A DNA stretch of 49,949 nucleotides from Nitrososphaerota archaeon. Lineage in GTDB: Archaea; Thermoproteota; Nitrososphaeria; Nitrososphaerales; Gagatemarchaeaceae. Below the pieces are notes generated by a model that saw nothing but the letters and a program-made list of their open reading frames with translations, made no database searches and had not been told where the DNA came from. The number at the start of each line of letters is the position of its first letter. Within the stretch, counting starts at the first letter, position 1. A program made the position numbers and the translations under genes. The DNA is taken from contig PLCG01000110.1 of NCBI GenBank assembly GCA_003135575.1, positions 1 to 49,949 of the forward strand. The letters are read 5' to 3'. Shown here piece after piece: positions 25,868 to 34,338 of the stretch.

Positions 25868-27769
25868 GTGCACCTCGAGGACATATTCCCCTATCCAGAC
25901 TTCCGCCCGGGGCAGAAGGAGCTGGCCAACGCGGTCTACTCAGCCTGCAAGAACGGGAACACCTTCGTCGCCGAAGCGATGAGCGGATTCGGGAAGACCG
26001 CCGCGGTCCTCGCCGGGAGCATGTCGGCTGCCGCCGAGGACGGCCTCGACATCATCTACGCCTGCCGCACCAAAAGACAGGTCTTCAGGGTGCTCGAAGA
26101 ACTCGGTCGTTTCTCCGAGCGCTTCCCCGTGCGGGCCACGAGCCTCTTCTCCAAGTTCGACTACTGCCTTCTGAGGCAGAAGAGCTTCGGGATAACGCCT
26201 GAGACCTTCAAATGGTATTGCAGCTTCCAGACGTCAAACAACCTCTGCAGCTACTTCTTGAACGTCGCATTCAACCACGACAAGATCGCCAAGCTCGTCG
26301 ACGACCAGACCGGCAACTCGAGGCCTATCTCAGAGCTACTCAGGAAGGGGACAGAACTTCACGTCTGTCCGTACGAGGTCGCGCGGCTGTCTTTGGCGCG
26401 CTCGAAAGTCGTGGTGACGACCTATCATTACCTGCTTGACAAGAACTCTCGACAAATCCTCATTCCAGGGGACAAGGCCCTCGGCAAGATAGTCGCTGTC
26501 GTCGACGAGGCTCATAAAGTCAGGGACTTCGTCTCTGGAAATTCGACGACCACGCTACCGTTCTCCGAAATCAAAAGCTGCATCGAGGATGCACGAAACC
26601 TCTACCTGCCGCGCATCTGTTCCGCGATCTCGGAGCTCAACGACAGACTGGTGCAATTCTGCTCCAAGAACGACCACTGGCTGATCAAGAAGGAAGCTTT
26701 CCTGAACGCGATAACCGGCAACTACCCCAAGGACTGGCTGTCTGACTTGGTCTTCGAGTTGTCGACGAACTCGGGAGTCGCATGGTATTCCGTGGCGACA
26801 AACAGGAACCTGCCCGGCTCGATCATCAACCTCGGAAGTTTCCTGAGCGCTCTGCTCTCCTCCCTCGATTCCGACGACATGGCGCTGGTGAAATCCGACA
26901 GCGCCCTCTTCCTGACTGACACCCGGCCTTCGAGGAGGTTCTTGGAAGCTACCACTGGCTTCAGGAGCCTCGTCCTACTCTCGGCAACGATCAACCCATC
27001 GAGCCTCTTCCTGCGCTCAATCGGCCTCGACGGGTCCTCGACCATCGTGCACAGCGCGACCACGGACTACAAGTTTAGGGTAAGGACGGTCATTGATTGC
27101 AGCGTCACGACGAGGTTCAAGATGCGGACTCCCGAGATGTATTCGAAGATCGCGCGCAAAATCGCCTCCGTCTGCAGCTCCACCCCCGGAGCGATAGGCG
27201 TCTTCTTCCCGTCATATTCTCTCTTGGAGGCGGTAAGGGGCCCGGTGGTCTCGGAGATTGAACGTGCCACGCCCGCCAAGGCACGAACCATCCTCGTAGA
27301 GAGGCCGGGTCTCACGAACCAAGACTCTGAGGACATGATGACCGCGTTCAAGTCGAACCACGGGTCCCTTCTCCTGGCAGTCCAAGGCGGGAGGTTCTCA
27401 GAAGGCGAAGACTTCCCCGGCGACGGCATGGACGTCTCCATGGTGGTGGGGCTGTCCCTTCCCCCTCCGTCGCCGAAGATGTACGCAGAATACAGGCAAT
27501 TGGAAGCCAACCACTTCGACAAGCACCAGGCGTATATGGTCCTGTCCCTCCTCCCGGCCCTCAGGAAGGCGTTTCAGTGCGCCGGAAGACACGTGCGGAA
27601 TCCCGGAAAGGTCGGGATGGTTTTCTTTTTGGATTCGCGGTTCGCTGCGCAAGGGATAATCGAATTGATGCCCTCGTGGCTCAGAGACGACTTGGTCAAG
27701 GGCGAGTATGACATAGATACCATCGGCTCAATCACGAGGGAGTTCTTCTTGGCAGCGCGGGTTCAATGA
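25868..27769 (+). CDS. xpd: XPD/Rad3-family 5'-3' DNA helicase
   Basis: Walker A GFGKTAA and DEAH box VVDEAHKV. Four Cys (C..C..C..CPYE) between motifs I and II, consistent with the FeS domain. 633 aa. Confidence 0.85.
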   Translation: MHLEDIFPYPDFRPGQKELANAVYSACKNGNTFVAEAMSGFGKTAAVLAGSMSAAAEDGLDIIYACRTKRQVFRVLEELGRFSERFPVRATSLFSKFDYCLLRQKSFGITPETFKWYCSFQTSNNLCSYFLNVAFNHDKIAKLVDDQTGNSRPISELLRKGTELHVCPYEVARLSLARSKVVVTTYHYLLDKNSRQILIPGDKALGKIVAVVDEAHKVRDFVSGNSTTTLPFSEIKSCIEDARNLYLPRICSAISELNDRLVQFCSKNDHWLIKKEAFLNAITGNYPKDWLSDLVFELSTNSGVAWYSVATNRNLPGSIINLGSFLSALLSSLDSDDMALVKSDSALFLTDTRPSRRFLEATTGFRSLVLLSATINPSSLFLRSIGLDGSSTIVHSATTDYKFRVRTVIDCSVTTRFKMRTPEMYSKIARKIASVCSSTPGAIGVFFPSYSLLEAVRGPVVSEIERATPAKARTILVERPGLTNQDSEDMMTAFKSNHGSLLLAVQGGRFSEGEDFPGDGMDVSMVVGLSLPPPSPKMYAEYRQLEANHFDKHQAYMVLSLLPALRKAFQCAGRHVRNPGKVGMVFFLDSRFAAQGIIELMPSWLRDDLVKGEYDIDTIGSITREFFLAARVQ

Positions 27770-28367
27770 ACTGGACCCCCTTTCGGAAGGCGATTCTGCC
27801 TGCTGCGCGCTCATCCCTTGTGGCGCCGATGGTCCCGCGCTTACCCGCAGACGTCCCGGACTCGTCCACAATCTCAATCGAGTCTGACGGCTGAAGTCGT
27901 TCGCGCAACAACCGAGCCAGTCTCAGCGAAGAATTGGGATGGCCGCTCCCAATCTTGATGGAGAGCGACGAGTGAGGCACATCATTCACTACCATGACCA
28001 ACAAGTCGACCACCTCGTCTGCGAGATTCGCGGTCAGGGCGCCCAGCTCCCTTCCGCCGTAGAACATCACCACACCTATCCTCGACCCGGGGTCAATCCC
28101 GATCAGAAGATTTCTCCTCGACGAGTCGAGGAGGCGAGAAAGCAGCTGGCCTTCCATTATCAACGGATCTTTGTTGAGGTCCTCGATTGCCACCACCCTC
28201 CCTCCGAACACGGGCACCTCGCTCTTGCCGGTGAGGACCAAGTCGTGGGCCGAGTCGACCACCTGCCCAGGCGAGAGGCTGGAGAACCGAAGATGCGTCC
28301 TCTTGAGTCGAGAGACGATGTCATAGTAAGTGTTGGCATCGTCCGTGACGACCTTAATAATCCTCAT
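27732..28367 (-). CDS. Uncharacterised protein with RNase-H-fold (YqgF/RuvC-like) signature
   Basis: LLIGIDPGSRIGVVMF resembles the first strand and acidic motif of RuvC/YqgF-like nucleases. I chose the ATG at 28367 (MRIIKVV) because the 76 residues upstream in the tracked ORF are low-complexity. Convergent 38-nt overlap with xpd. Confidence 0.5.
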   Translation of the reverse strand: MRIIKVVTDDANTYYDIVSRLKRTHLRFSSLSPGQVVDSAHDLVLTGKSEVPVFGGRVVAIEDLNKDPLIMEGQLLSRLLDSSRRNLLIGIDPGSRIGVVMFYGGRELGALTANLADEVVDLLVMVVNDVPHSSLSIKIGSGHPNSSLRLARLLRERLQPSDSIEIVDESGTSAGKRGTIGATRDERAAGRIAFRKGVQFIEPALPRRTPS

Positions 28368-28403
28368 GGCATGTTCGTCGGACAGAAAAGGCAAAACGAG
28401 CTT

Positions 28404-28991
28404 ATGAGCATTCCCACGAAGGAACAGGCGGGCAGATTCCTCGCCCCGCTCAGGGGGAACCTCACAATCATCCTGCTCCACGACATCCAAGCGAAGATCA
28501 GGCTGAGCCGCTTCCTGCTGAGATGCGCTAGCCAAGAGTCCAAAGACACCACCGTCCTCGACGCCGACGCCTTCTACTGCACCAACATCGACCACCTTGC
28601 CGAGGAAGCCCAGTCCATCGCTAGGGCAGAGCTGCTCCTGTTGCCAGAACAGGACTTCGAGGTGAGTTCCCTGCTCCCACTGGTCTCCTCGAGCAGAGAG
28701 CTGATCATAATCGACGACCTAAACTCCCTCTACTCCCTGGCTTCAGACGGCCGCAAGGCACACCAGTTGGTCATCCTGATGAGGCTCCTCTCCCGCAATG
28801 CGGGCGTCAATGGATCTTGGGTAATCGCGACTGCCTACAGGACTGACCTGGGCGCCAAGCAGGGCGTGGAGAACCAACGGTCTTTGACGGCTCTGGGCGA
28901 CCTACTGGTAGACACCGAACTTCGGGGCGGCTGGCTTAAGCTCAAAGCTGGATTCAAGGGCCGGTGGCCCAGCGACGAGCTCGACGCCTGA
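28404..28991 (+). CDS. Uncharacterised RecA/KaiC-superfamily-like protein lacking a Walker A motif
   Basis: A Walker-B-like strand ELIIIDDLNSLY and a later strand GSWVIATAY are present. GxxxxGK[ST] is absent. The start is ATG 28404 or ATG 28371. The first 145 aa or so of the tracked ORF are antisense shadow of the neighbouring gene. Confidence 0.4.
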   Translation: MSIPTKEQAGRFLAPLRGNLTIILLHDIQAKIRLSRFLLRCASQESKDTTVLDADAFYCTNIDHLAEEAQSIARAELLLLPEQDFEVSSLLPLVSSSRELIIIDDLNSLYSLASDGRKAHQLVILMRLLSRNAGVNGSWVIATAYRTDLGAKQGVENQRSLTALGDLLVDTELRGGWLKLKAGFKGRWPSDELDA

Positions 28992-28998
28992 AGGAAGC

Positions 28999-29394
28999 CT
29001 ACTTCTGCAAGTAGACGTAGAGCTCGATGTAGATTGCGCCCGCAATCAGCAGGAGCCCCAGAATCAGGAAGAAGCCGACGAGCCTTGGCTTCACGGTCTG
29101 CCTCCCGCTGAGGTACGAGAAGTAGAGCCCACCAAACCCCATCGTCAGGGCCATCGCGTTGATGACCGTCTCCGGGATTGACTGCGCATCCCTTCCCGGA
29201 TAGATGATGTATGACTGGCTCACAGGGCTCGCCAACGCGCTGACAATCCCCGCAGACATCACGATGATTCCCGCGATGTAGACGACCTCAATCGACCGGT
29301 TCCTGATAAGGGTCGAGATGCCGCTCCGCTCCACGCCCTTGCCGAGCCTCTCCCTCGCCACAGACATCCGAGACTCCAGCCATTGTCTAATCAA
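28999..29394 (-). CDS. Hypothetical membrane protein
   Basis: 131 aa with three predicted TM helices. Confidence 0.55.
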   Translation of the reverse strand: MIRQWLESRMSVARERLGKGVERSGISTLIRNRSIEVVYIAGIIVMSAGIVSALASPVSQSYIIYPGRDAQSIPETVINAMALTMGFGGLYFSYLSGRQTVKPRLVGFFLILGLLLIAGAIYIELYVYLQK

Positions 29395-29476
29395 ATCTGA
29401 CTCCTTTCTCTTACCCGCCGGCCAACATTTTCTGTGCCCTTAACTCTTTTCAAACGCTCCATTCTTGACCCATTTC

Positions 29477-31642
29477 TTACCGTGATGCAGTAGCCTTCCC
29501 GCCCCTTTTTTGCAATTTTTGCATAGAGTAGACGTTCACCTTGCGCGGACAGCGGTCGTTCACGCAAAGCTTCCAAGGGTACCTTCCAAGCCTCACGTAG
29601 ACCACCGGCCAGCCGCAGCTGCCACAGGGCTTTGACGTGGTCTTGATGGCCCCCCGCTGAGGAAGCGGCGCTGAAGCCCTGCATCCCTTTGGGTAGTTCG
29701 TGCAACCCACGAACCTCTTTCCAGACTTGTAGGAACGGATGACCCTCAGCTTCCCCTCTTTGCAGACCGGACAAGGTCCCAGAATGGTCTTCGCAAGCGC
29801 TTTCTCGGACACCGAGCCGCGCATACTGCCGGCAATCTCGCCCTCGTGCAGCCTTACCTCGCCGACTTGTGCCAAGAGCGTCGAGAGGGTCTCCTCGAAA
29901 AAATCGGCGCCGCCCGAACCGCCCGACCCCTCGATTCCTTCCAGCTGGGCCTCTATGTCGCGGGTCAGGCTGGTGGAGACTATCTGGGGGCAGTGGTCGC
30001 GCATTACCTCGACCAGCGAGAACCCAAGTTCGGTCGGGACCAACGCGTCACCGACGACGTACCCCCTTTCCATCAACGTGGAGATTATGTCGGCGCGGGT
30101 CGCCTTGGTCCCTATCCCCTCCCGCTCCATCTTCTCGAGGAGGGTCGCCTGGTTATACCGCGCAGGATGCACCCTCAGATGCTCCTCAAGCGTGATTGCC
30201 TCCACAAGCACGGAATCGCCTTGCCGAAGTGTAGGCATAATGCCCGAGGCAGTATCGGCCGACCGCACCCCTACCCCGAACTTGGTCCAGCCAGGGACCA
30301 GTACCCGCGTCTCTTCAACCCAGAACTCATGCGCCCCGATCGAGATCTCTGCCGAACTGACCTCGCGAACCACGTCCTCGCCGAAGCACGCAAGGAAGCG
30401 CCTCACGACAAGATCGAACACCTTCCTCTCCTCTACTGTGAGAGGCCTCCTCGCGGACTCTCCCGTCGGATAGATCGCCGGATGGGCTGGGTCCGTCTTC
30501 TCCCCCTCGGTCGGATGAAGGGCGCCTTTCGAAAGGACCTCTCCCACCAGACCCGAATACCCTGGAACAGCCGCTATCTTCGAGAGGAGCCGCCCATAGT
30601 CGATCCTGGGAAGCTTCTGGCTCCCTGTCCGAGGGTACGAAATCATCGCACCGAGGTACAACTTCTCTGCGATCTGCAGGCTCTTGCGCGGCGCGTAGCC
30701 AAAGAGCCTGAAGGCCTCCTTCTGAAGGTCTGCCAGGCTGAAAGGGGGCGGAGGCCTCTGGCTGACAGTCCTCCGTGCGACCTTGGAGACGACGCCCTCG
30801 CGCCCCTCGCACGCGCGCATGACCTCCTCTGCAGATTGCTTGGAAGGCACAACCGGGAACGAGGAGTACTCGGCTTGGAAGGCGTCATGGCCCCTTCTGA
30901 AACTCCCGCGCACGGTCCAATAGGGGGTGGGGACGAACGTCCTGACATCTACCTCCTTTTCTACGATGAAGCTCAGCGTCGGCCCCTGCACCCTACCGAT
31001 GCTGACGGTCCGGAAGCTGTAGCCCGTCCTCAGAGACTCCGAGAGAGCCCTGGAGAGGTTGATGCCCCAGACGAAGTCGATGGCATGCCTCAACCGTCCA
31101 GCCCTCGCCAGGCCCTCGCTCGGAGCCATGTTGTCGCCTTTGAAAGCCTCCACAATCTCTTCCCTGGTCAACGCGGAGAACCTCGCCCGGGATGCCGAAG
31201 CCTCCTTCCCGCCGCACGCATATCTCAAGACATTGTAGCCGATCGTCTCCCCCTCGATGTCGAAATCGCACGCGTTCACGAAATCGCTTGCTCCATCCGA
31301 GAGGCTGCGGATCGCCCGGATTCGGCTAGAAACGAACCTGCCTGCCCTGTCGCTAATTGCCTCCAGTGGGAACCATTCCAGGTCCAGCGCCGGATAGACC
31401 CTTCTGTCCTTCACCGTCTCTGATATCCCAAAGAGATGCCCCATCGCCGCGCAGACGACGTACCTCTTGCCCTCAGGGCCCTCGAGACGGAACGCAGTGA
31501 CCTCCCCGACCTTGAACGTCTCCGGCGCCCCGGTTGAGAGCGCCTCCGCGACCCTTCTAGCAGCGTCCGGCTTCTCGCAGATGACGAGCGTATAGCCGCC
31601 GGAGGCTTCACGCCTTCTTCCTGAAGCGCGACGGTCGCTCAT
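29477..31642 (-). CDS. topA: Type IA DNA topoisomerase with C-terminal zinc ribbons
   Basis: TOPRIM motifs (LVICEKPDAA, DFDIEGE). Active-site Tyr region ISYPRTGSQ. C-terminal CPVCKEG...C and CGSCGWP motifs. Confidence 0.9.
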   Translation of the reverse strand: MSDRRASGRRREASGGYTLVICEKPDAARRVAEALSTGAPETFKVGEVTAFRLEGPEGKRYVVCAAMGHLFGISETVKDRRVYPALDLEWFPLEAISDRAGRFVSSRIRAIRSLSDGASDFVNACDFDIEGETIGYNVLRYACGGKEASASRARFSALTREEIVEAFKGDNMAPSEGLARAGRLRHAIDFVWGINLSRALSESLRTGYSFRTVSIGRVQGPTLSFIVEKEVDVRTFVPTPYWTVRGSFRRGHDAFQAEYSSFPVVPSKQSAEEVMRACEGREGVVSKVARRTVSQRPPPPFSLADLQKEAFRLFGYAPRKSLQIAEKLYLGAMISYPRTGSQKLPRIDYGRLLSKIAAVPGYSGLVGEVLSKGALHPTEGEKTDPAHPAIYPTGESARRPLTVEERKVFDLVVRRFLACFGEDVVREVSSAEISIGAHEFWVEETRVLVPGWTKFGVGVRSADTASGIMPTLRQGDSVLVEAITLEEHLRVHPARYNQATLLEKMEREGIGTKATRADIISTLMERGYVVGDALVPTELGFSLVEVMRDHCPQIVSTSLTRDIEAQLEGIEGSGGSGGADFFEETLSTLLAQVGEVRLHEGEIAGSMRGSVSEKALAKTILGPCPVCKEGKLRVIRSYKSGKRFVGCTNYPKGCRASAPLPQRGAIKTTSKPCGSCGWPVVYVRLGRYPWKLCVNDRCPRKVNVYSMQKLQKRGGKATASR

Positions 31643-31650
31643 TGCAACCC

Positions 31651-31658
31651 TTTTAAGA
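31651..31658 (+). promoter_or_regulatory. Candidate TATA box for the small zinc-ribbon ORF
   Basis: TTTTAAGA is centred about 26 nt upstream of the GTG at 31681. Confidence 0.35.
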
Positions 31659-31680
31659 GCAAAAGGCGACCTGACGACGC

Positions 31681-31857
31681 GTGACCTACGAGCTCGTCTG
31701 TTCTAAATGCGGCTACGCAATCTACTCCGGATTCGATCTGAGGTCCCCCAACGACATCCTGAAGCCTTACGGCTACAAGTGCAAAAAGTGCGGCACGAAG
31801 CTTACCCCAGAAACCTTCAAAGTCGAAGTCCTGAAACTCGAAGGCAGATTCACCTAG
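31681..31857 (+). CDS. Small zinc-ribbon protein (58 aa), below the ORF-track cutoff
   Basis: Translation: VTYELVCSKCGYAIYSGFDLRSPNDILKPYGYKCKKCGTKLTPETFKVEVLKLEGRFT*. It contains CxxC x23 CxxC. An in-frame TGA lies 9 nt upstream of the GTG. The 3' end overlaps cofE by 8 nt. Confidence 0.45.
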   Translation: MTYELVCSKCGYAIYSGFDLRSPNDILKPYGYKCKKCGTKLTPETFKVEVLKLEGRFT

Positions 31858-32614
31858 CTCGATACCCGAGGCTGCGCATGTAGACGCACTGCTCAGGGTC
31901 CACCGCGAAGCTGGACATCCGATAAGTCTTGCCGGCGCTCGTTGTCAGCCCGCGGACCAGGACAATCGGGACCGATTCATTGGCCTCTCCCATTACGATT
32001 TGTGCGCCCGAACAAAGGTCGTCCGCCACGGCCTGGCTCGTCACCTTCAGGACGTTGCCGAACAAGTCAGGTCTGCCCCGCAGATCTACGATTGCCTCCA
32101 TGCCGGCCGCCGCAAGAGCGACGCCCACCGTCCCTTTCCTCGTGGGCATGAGCCTGCTGTCGGAGACCACCACGCCTATCTCTACGCCGCGGCGGAACCG
32201 CACTTCCTCGACGAGGGCCCTCGCGGACTCGAGGGGGCTGCGGGGGTAGAGCACGACCTTGCCGTGCTCGATGTTCGACTTGTCGATGCCCGCGTTCGGG
32301 GTCAAAAGCCCTTCCTTGAGTGTGAGCATGAACCCCGTGACCCCGCCTATCGTCTCGTCGGACTCCCTGATTACGAGCTCGCACAGCTCGGGGGATATGC
32401 TCATCCTCCTCGCCATAGAGGCTGCGTGATCGCTTGGGACGACCGTGCTCAGGTCGACCACACGGCCTTCTGAAACCGCGATGAACTTGCTCGAGACCAC
32501 GAGTATGTCCCCGTCCCTGAGCTCAGAGCCCAAGAGCTTGTCGACGAGCTCGCCGAGGCCGAAGGGAGCGGTCTTCCTCTGCGTCTTCACGGGCACGAAG
32601 GTGATCTCGGCCAA
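31850..32614 (-). CDS. cofE: Coenzyme F420-0:L-glutamate ligase (CofE)
   Basis: GDILVVSSKFIAVSEGR, GIDKSN, IGVVVSDS and VPIVLVRG motifs. The tracked ORF (to 32773) has no in-frame ATG near the conserved N-terminus and overlaps gcvT, so I propose TTG at 32614. Confidence 0.75.
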   Translation of the reverse strand: MAEITFVPVKTQRKTAPFGLGELVDKLLGSELRDGDILVVSSKFIAVSEGRVVDLSTVVPSDHAASMARRMSISPELCELVIRESDETIGGVTGFMLTLKEGLLTPNAGIDKSNIEHGKVVLYPRSPLESARALVEEVRFRRGVEIGVVVSDSRLMPTRKGTVGVALAAAGMEAIVDLRGRPDLFGNVLKVTSQAVADDLCSGAQIVMGEANESVPIVLVRGLTTSAGKTYRMSSFAVDPEQCVYMRSLGYRAR

Positions 32615-32667
32615 ATCAAACTCCTCATAAACAAGTTCGAGGGAACCTCCTATTATACGAAGCGCGC

Positions 32668-33789
32668 ATGGCGACGACCCGATCCTTGAAACACACGCCC
32701 CTGTATGACTTCCACCGAAAGCACGGGAAGATGGTGGAGTTCGCGGGATACGATATGCCCATCTGGTACACAAGCACCGTCGAAGAGCACATGACAGTGA
32801 GGAACAACGCGGGGATATTCGACGTCTCCCACATGGGCAGGGTCGAAGTGAGCGGCCCGGACTCTGGTAAATTCATAGAGAAGCTCTTCCCGACCGACAT
32901 CGGGAAGCAGCCTAACGGCAAGTCCGTCTACACGCTTCTCCTGAGAGAGGACGCGGGGATTATCGACGACCTCATCGTCTTGAAGAAGGATGAGAACAAT
33001 TACCTAGTGGTCATTAACGCGGCGAGCAGGCCAAAGGACCTCAGGCACATGGAGAAGACCGGCTCAGGCTTGAACTTCAAGATGGATGACGTGACCGAGG
33101 CCACCACGATGATCGCTGTGCAAGGCCCCTCCGCAATCGAAGCCCTCCAGCCCTTGACTCCGCTTCCTCTTGCGGGGACGAAGAGGTTCACGCACACCGA
33201 GTCGACCGTGAAGGGGATTCGAGCCGTCATCACCCGGACTGGATACACCGGCGAGGATGGCTTTGAAATCATCCTCTACGATGCGGCGTCGGGGGCCATG
33301 GCCGTGTGGGAAGCCCTGGCGAAGAGCGCAAAGCCGTGCGCACTGGGTGCGAGAGACTCGCTGAGGCTCGAGGCCGGTCTCCCCCTCTACGGCTCGGACA
33401 TGGACGAATCGACGAACCCGTTGGAGGCGGACCTCGGCTGGGTCATCTCGAAGGACAAGCGTTCCTACGTCGGACAGCCCGCACTGGCAGCGATAATGCA
33501 GAACGGCCCCGGAAAGGTCAGACGAGGGATAATCATGGAGGAAAGGATCCCTCGCCATGAGTTCAAGGTCACGGACCAATCCGGAGCGGAGATAGGCTCT
33601 GTTACGAGCGGGACGTTCTCTCCCATACTCAAGCGAGGCATCGCCATGGCGTATGTCAAGACGCCCGCCTCCAAGCTGGGCGAGTCGGTCAAGGTAGTCG
33701 TCAGAGACGCGCCGAGCGGCGGCAAGATCGTGAAGTTCCCCTTCTACGACGACTCGTTGTACGGATGGAAGAGAAAGCCCCACCAATAA
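32668..33789 (+). CDS. gcvT: Glycine cleavage system T protein (aminomethyltransferase)
   Basis: TGYTGEDGFEI and overall GcvT pattern. 373 aa. Confidence 0.9.
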   Translation: MATTRSLKHTPLYDFHRKHGKMVEFAGYDMPIWYTSTVEEHMTVRNNAGIFDVSHMGRVEVSGPDSGKFIEKLFPTDIGKQPNGKSVYTLLLREDAGIIDDLIVLKKDENNYLVVINAASRPKDLRHMEKTGSGLNFKMDDVTEATTMIAVQGPSAIEALQPLTPLPLAGTKRFTHTESTVKGIRAVITRTGYTGEDGFEIILYDAASGAMAVWEALAKSAKPCALGARDSLRLEAGLPLYGSDMDESTNPLEADLGWVISKDKRSYVGQPALAAIMQNGPGKVRRGIIMEERIPRHEFKVTDQSGAEIGSVTSGTFSPILKRGIAMAYVKTPASKLGESVKVVVRDAPSGGKIVKFPFYDDSLYGWKRKPHQ

Positions 33790-33822
33790 TAGTAAATAGA
33801 ATGCTCTCAAGACCCCGCGTGT

Positions 33823-34242
33823 TTGAGCAATCCCTCGGCTTACAAGGTTCTTGACGGTCTGTTTTACACGAAGGAACACGAATGGGCTCGAGTGGAAGGC
33901 GGCACGGTGAAGGTGGGGATCACCGACTACGCGGCGAAGACCTTGAACGACATCGTCTACCTGACGCTTCCTTCGGCAGGTCAAGATGTGAAGCAACTCG
34001 GCACGTTCGGGACCGTCGAGTCGATCAAGGCCGTCTCCGAGCTGTACTCGCCGCTCTCCGGGACAGTGACGAGCACTAACCAGGAGCTCGTGAACCACCC
34101 TGAGCTGATTAACAAGTCGCCCTATGAAGCCGGGTGGATAATCGAGCTAAGGCCCTCCAAGCTGGAAGAAGAGAAGATGGCCCTCCTCTCGCCGAAGCAG
34201 TACGAAGAGTTCCTGAGCTCGCTAGAGGAAGAGCACCACTAG
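33823..34242 (+). CDS. gcvH: Glycine cleavage system H protein
   Basis: YTKEHEW and lipoyl-lysine motif VESIKAVSELYSP. TTG start. Confidence 0.9.
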   Translation: MSNPSAYKVLDGLFYTKEHEWARVEGGTVKVGITDYAAKTLNDIVYLTLPSAGQDVKQLGTFGTVESIKAVSELYSPLSGTVTSTNQELVNHPELINKSPYEAGWIIELRPSKLEEEKMALLSPKQYEEFLSSLEEEHH

Positions 34243-34338
34243 AATCGAATGGCGAGAAAATCTCGCCCTCCTATGCCAGCAACCCGGCGACCACATTCGA
34301 AAAACTCTTAAATGGTCTGAGAACGCTGTCGAGCAAGT

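Noticed and set aside
27939-28403. N-terminal 145-155 codons of the tracked 350-aa plus-strand ORF, and residues 1-76 of the minus-strand ORF 27732..28595.
   Set aside because: Each is the antisense shadow of the other gene's convincing part. The compositions (His/Arg/Pro-rich and Gly/Val/Glu-rich) are non-protein-like.
29846-31423. 525-aa ORF on the plus strand, plus several other long ORFs at 30327..30812 and 30643..30948.
   Set aside because: It is antisense to the clearly recognisable topA gene. It is Arg/Pro/Gly-rich with low-complexity composition, typical of shadow ORFs in GC-rich coding DNA.
33064-34098. 344-aa ORF antisense to gcvT/gcvH. Similar long antisense ORFs are 35569..36303 in aglB, 19786..20400 and 17547..18182 in DP2, and 10416..10940 in the mutase gene.
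   Set aside because: The opposite-strand genes carry unambiguous family motifs. The antisense products are Arg-rich and have no motifs.
34251-34267. Perfect hairpin GGCGAGA-AAA-TCTCGCC just after the gcvH stop, as a possible terminator.
   Set aside because: Archaeal termination relies on oligo-T tracts and none follows. It may stabilise the 3' end, but I cannot support a terminator call.
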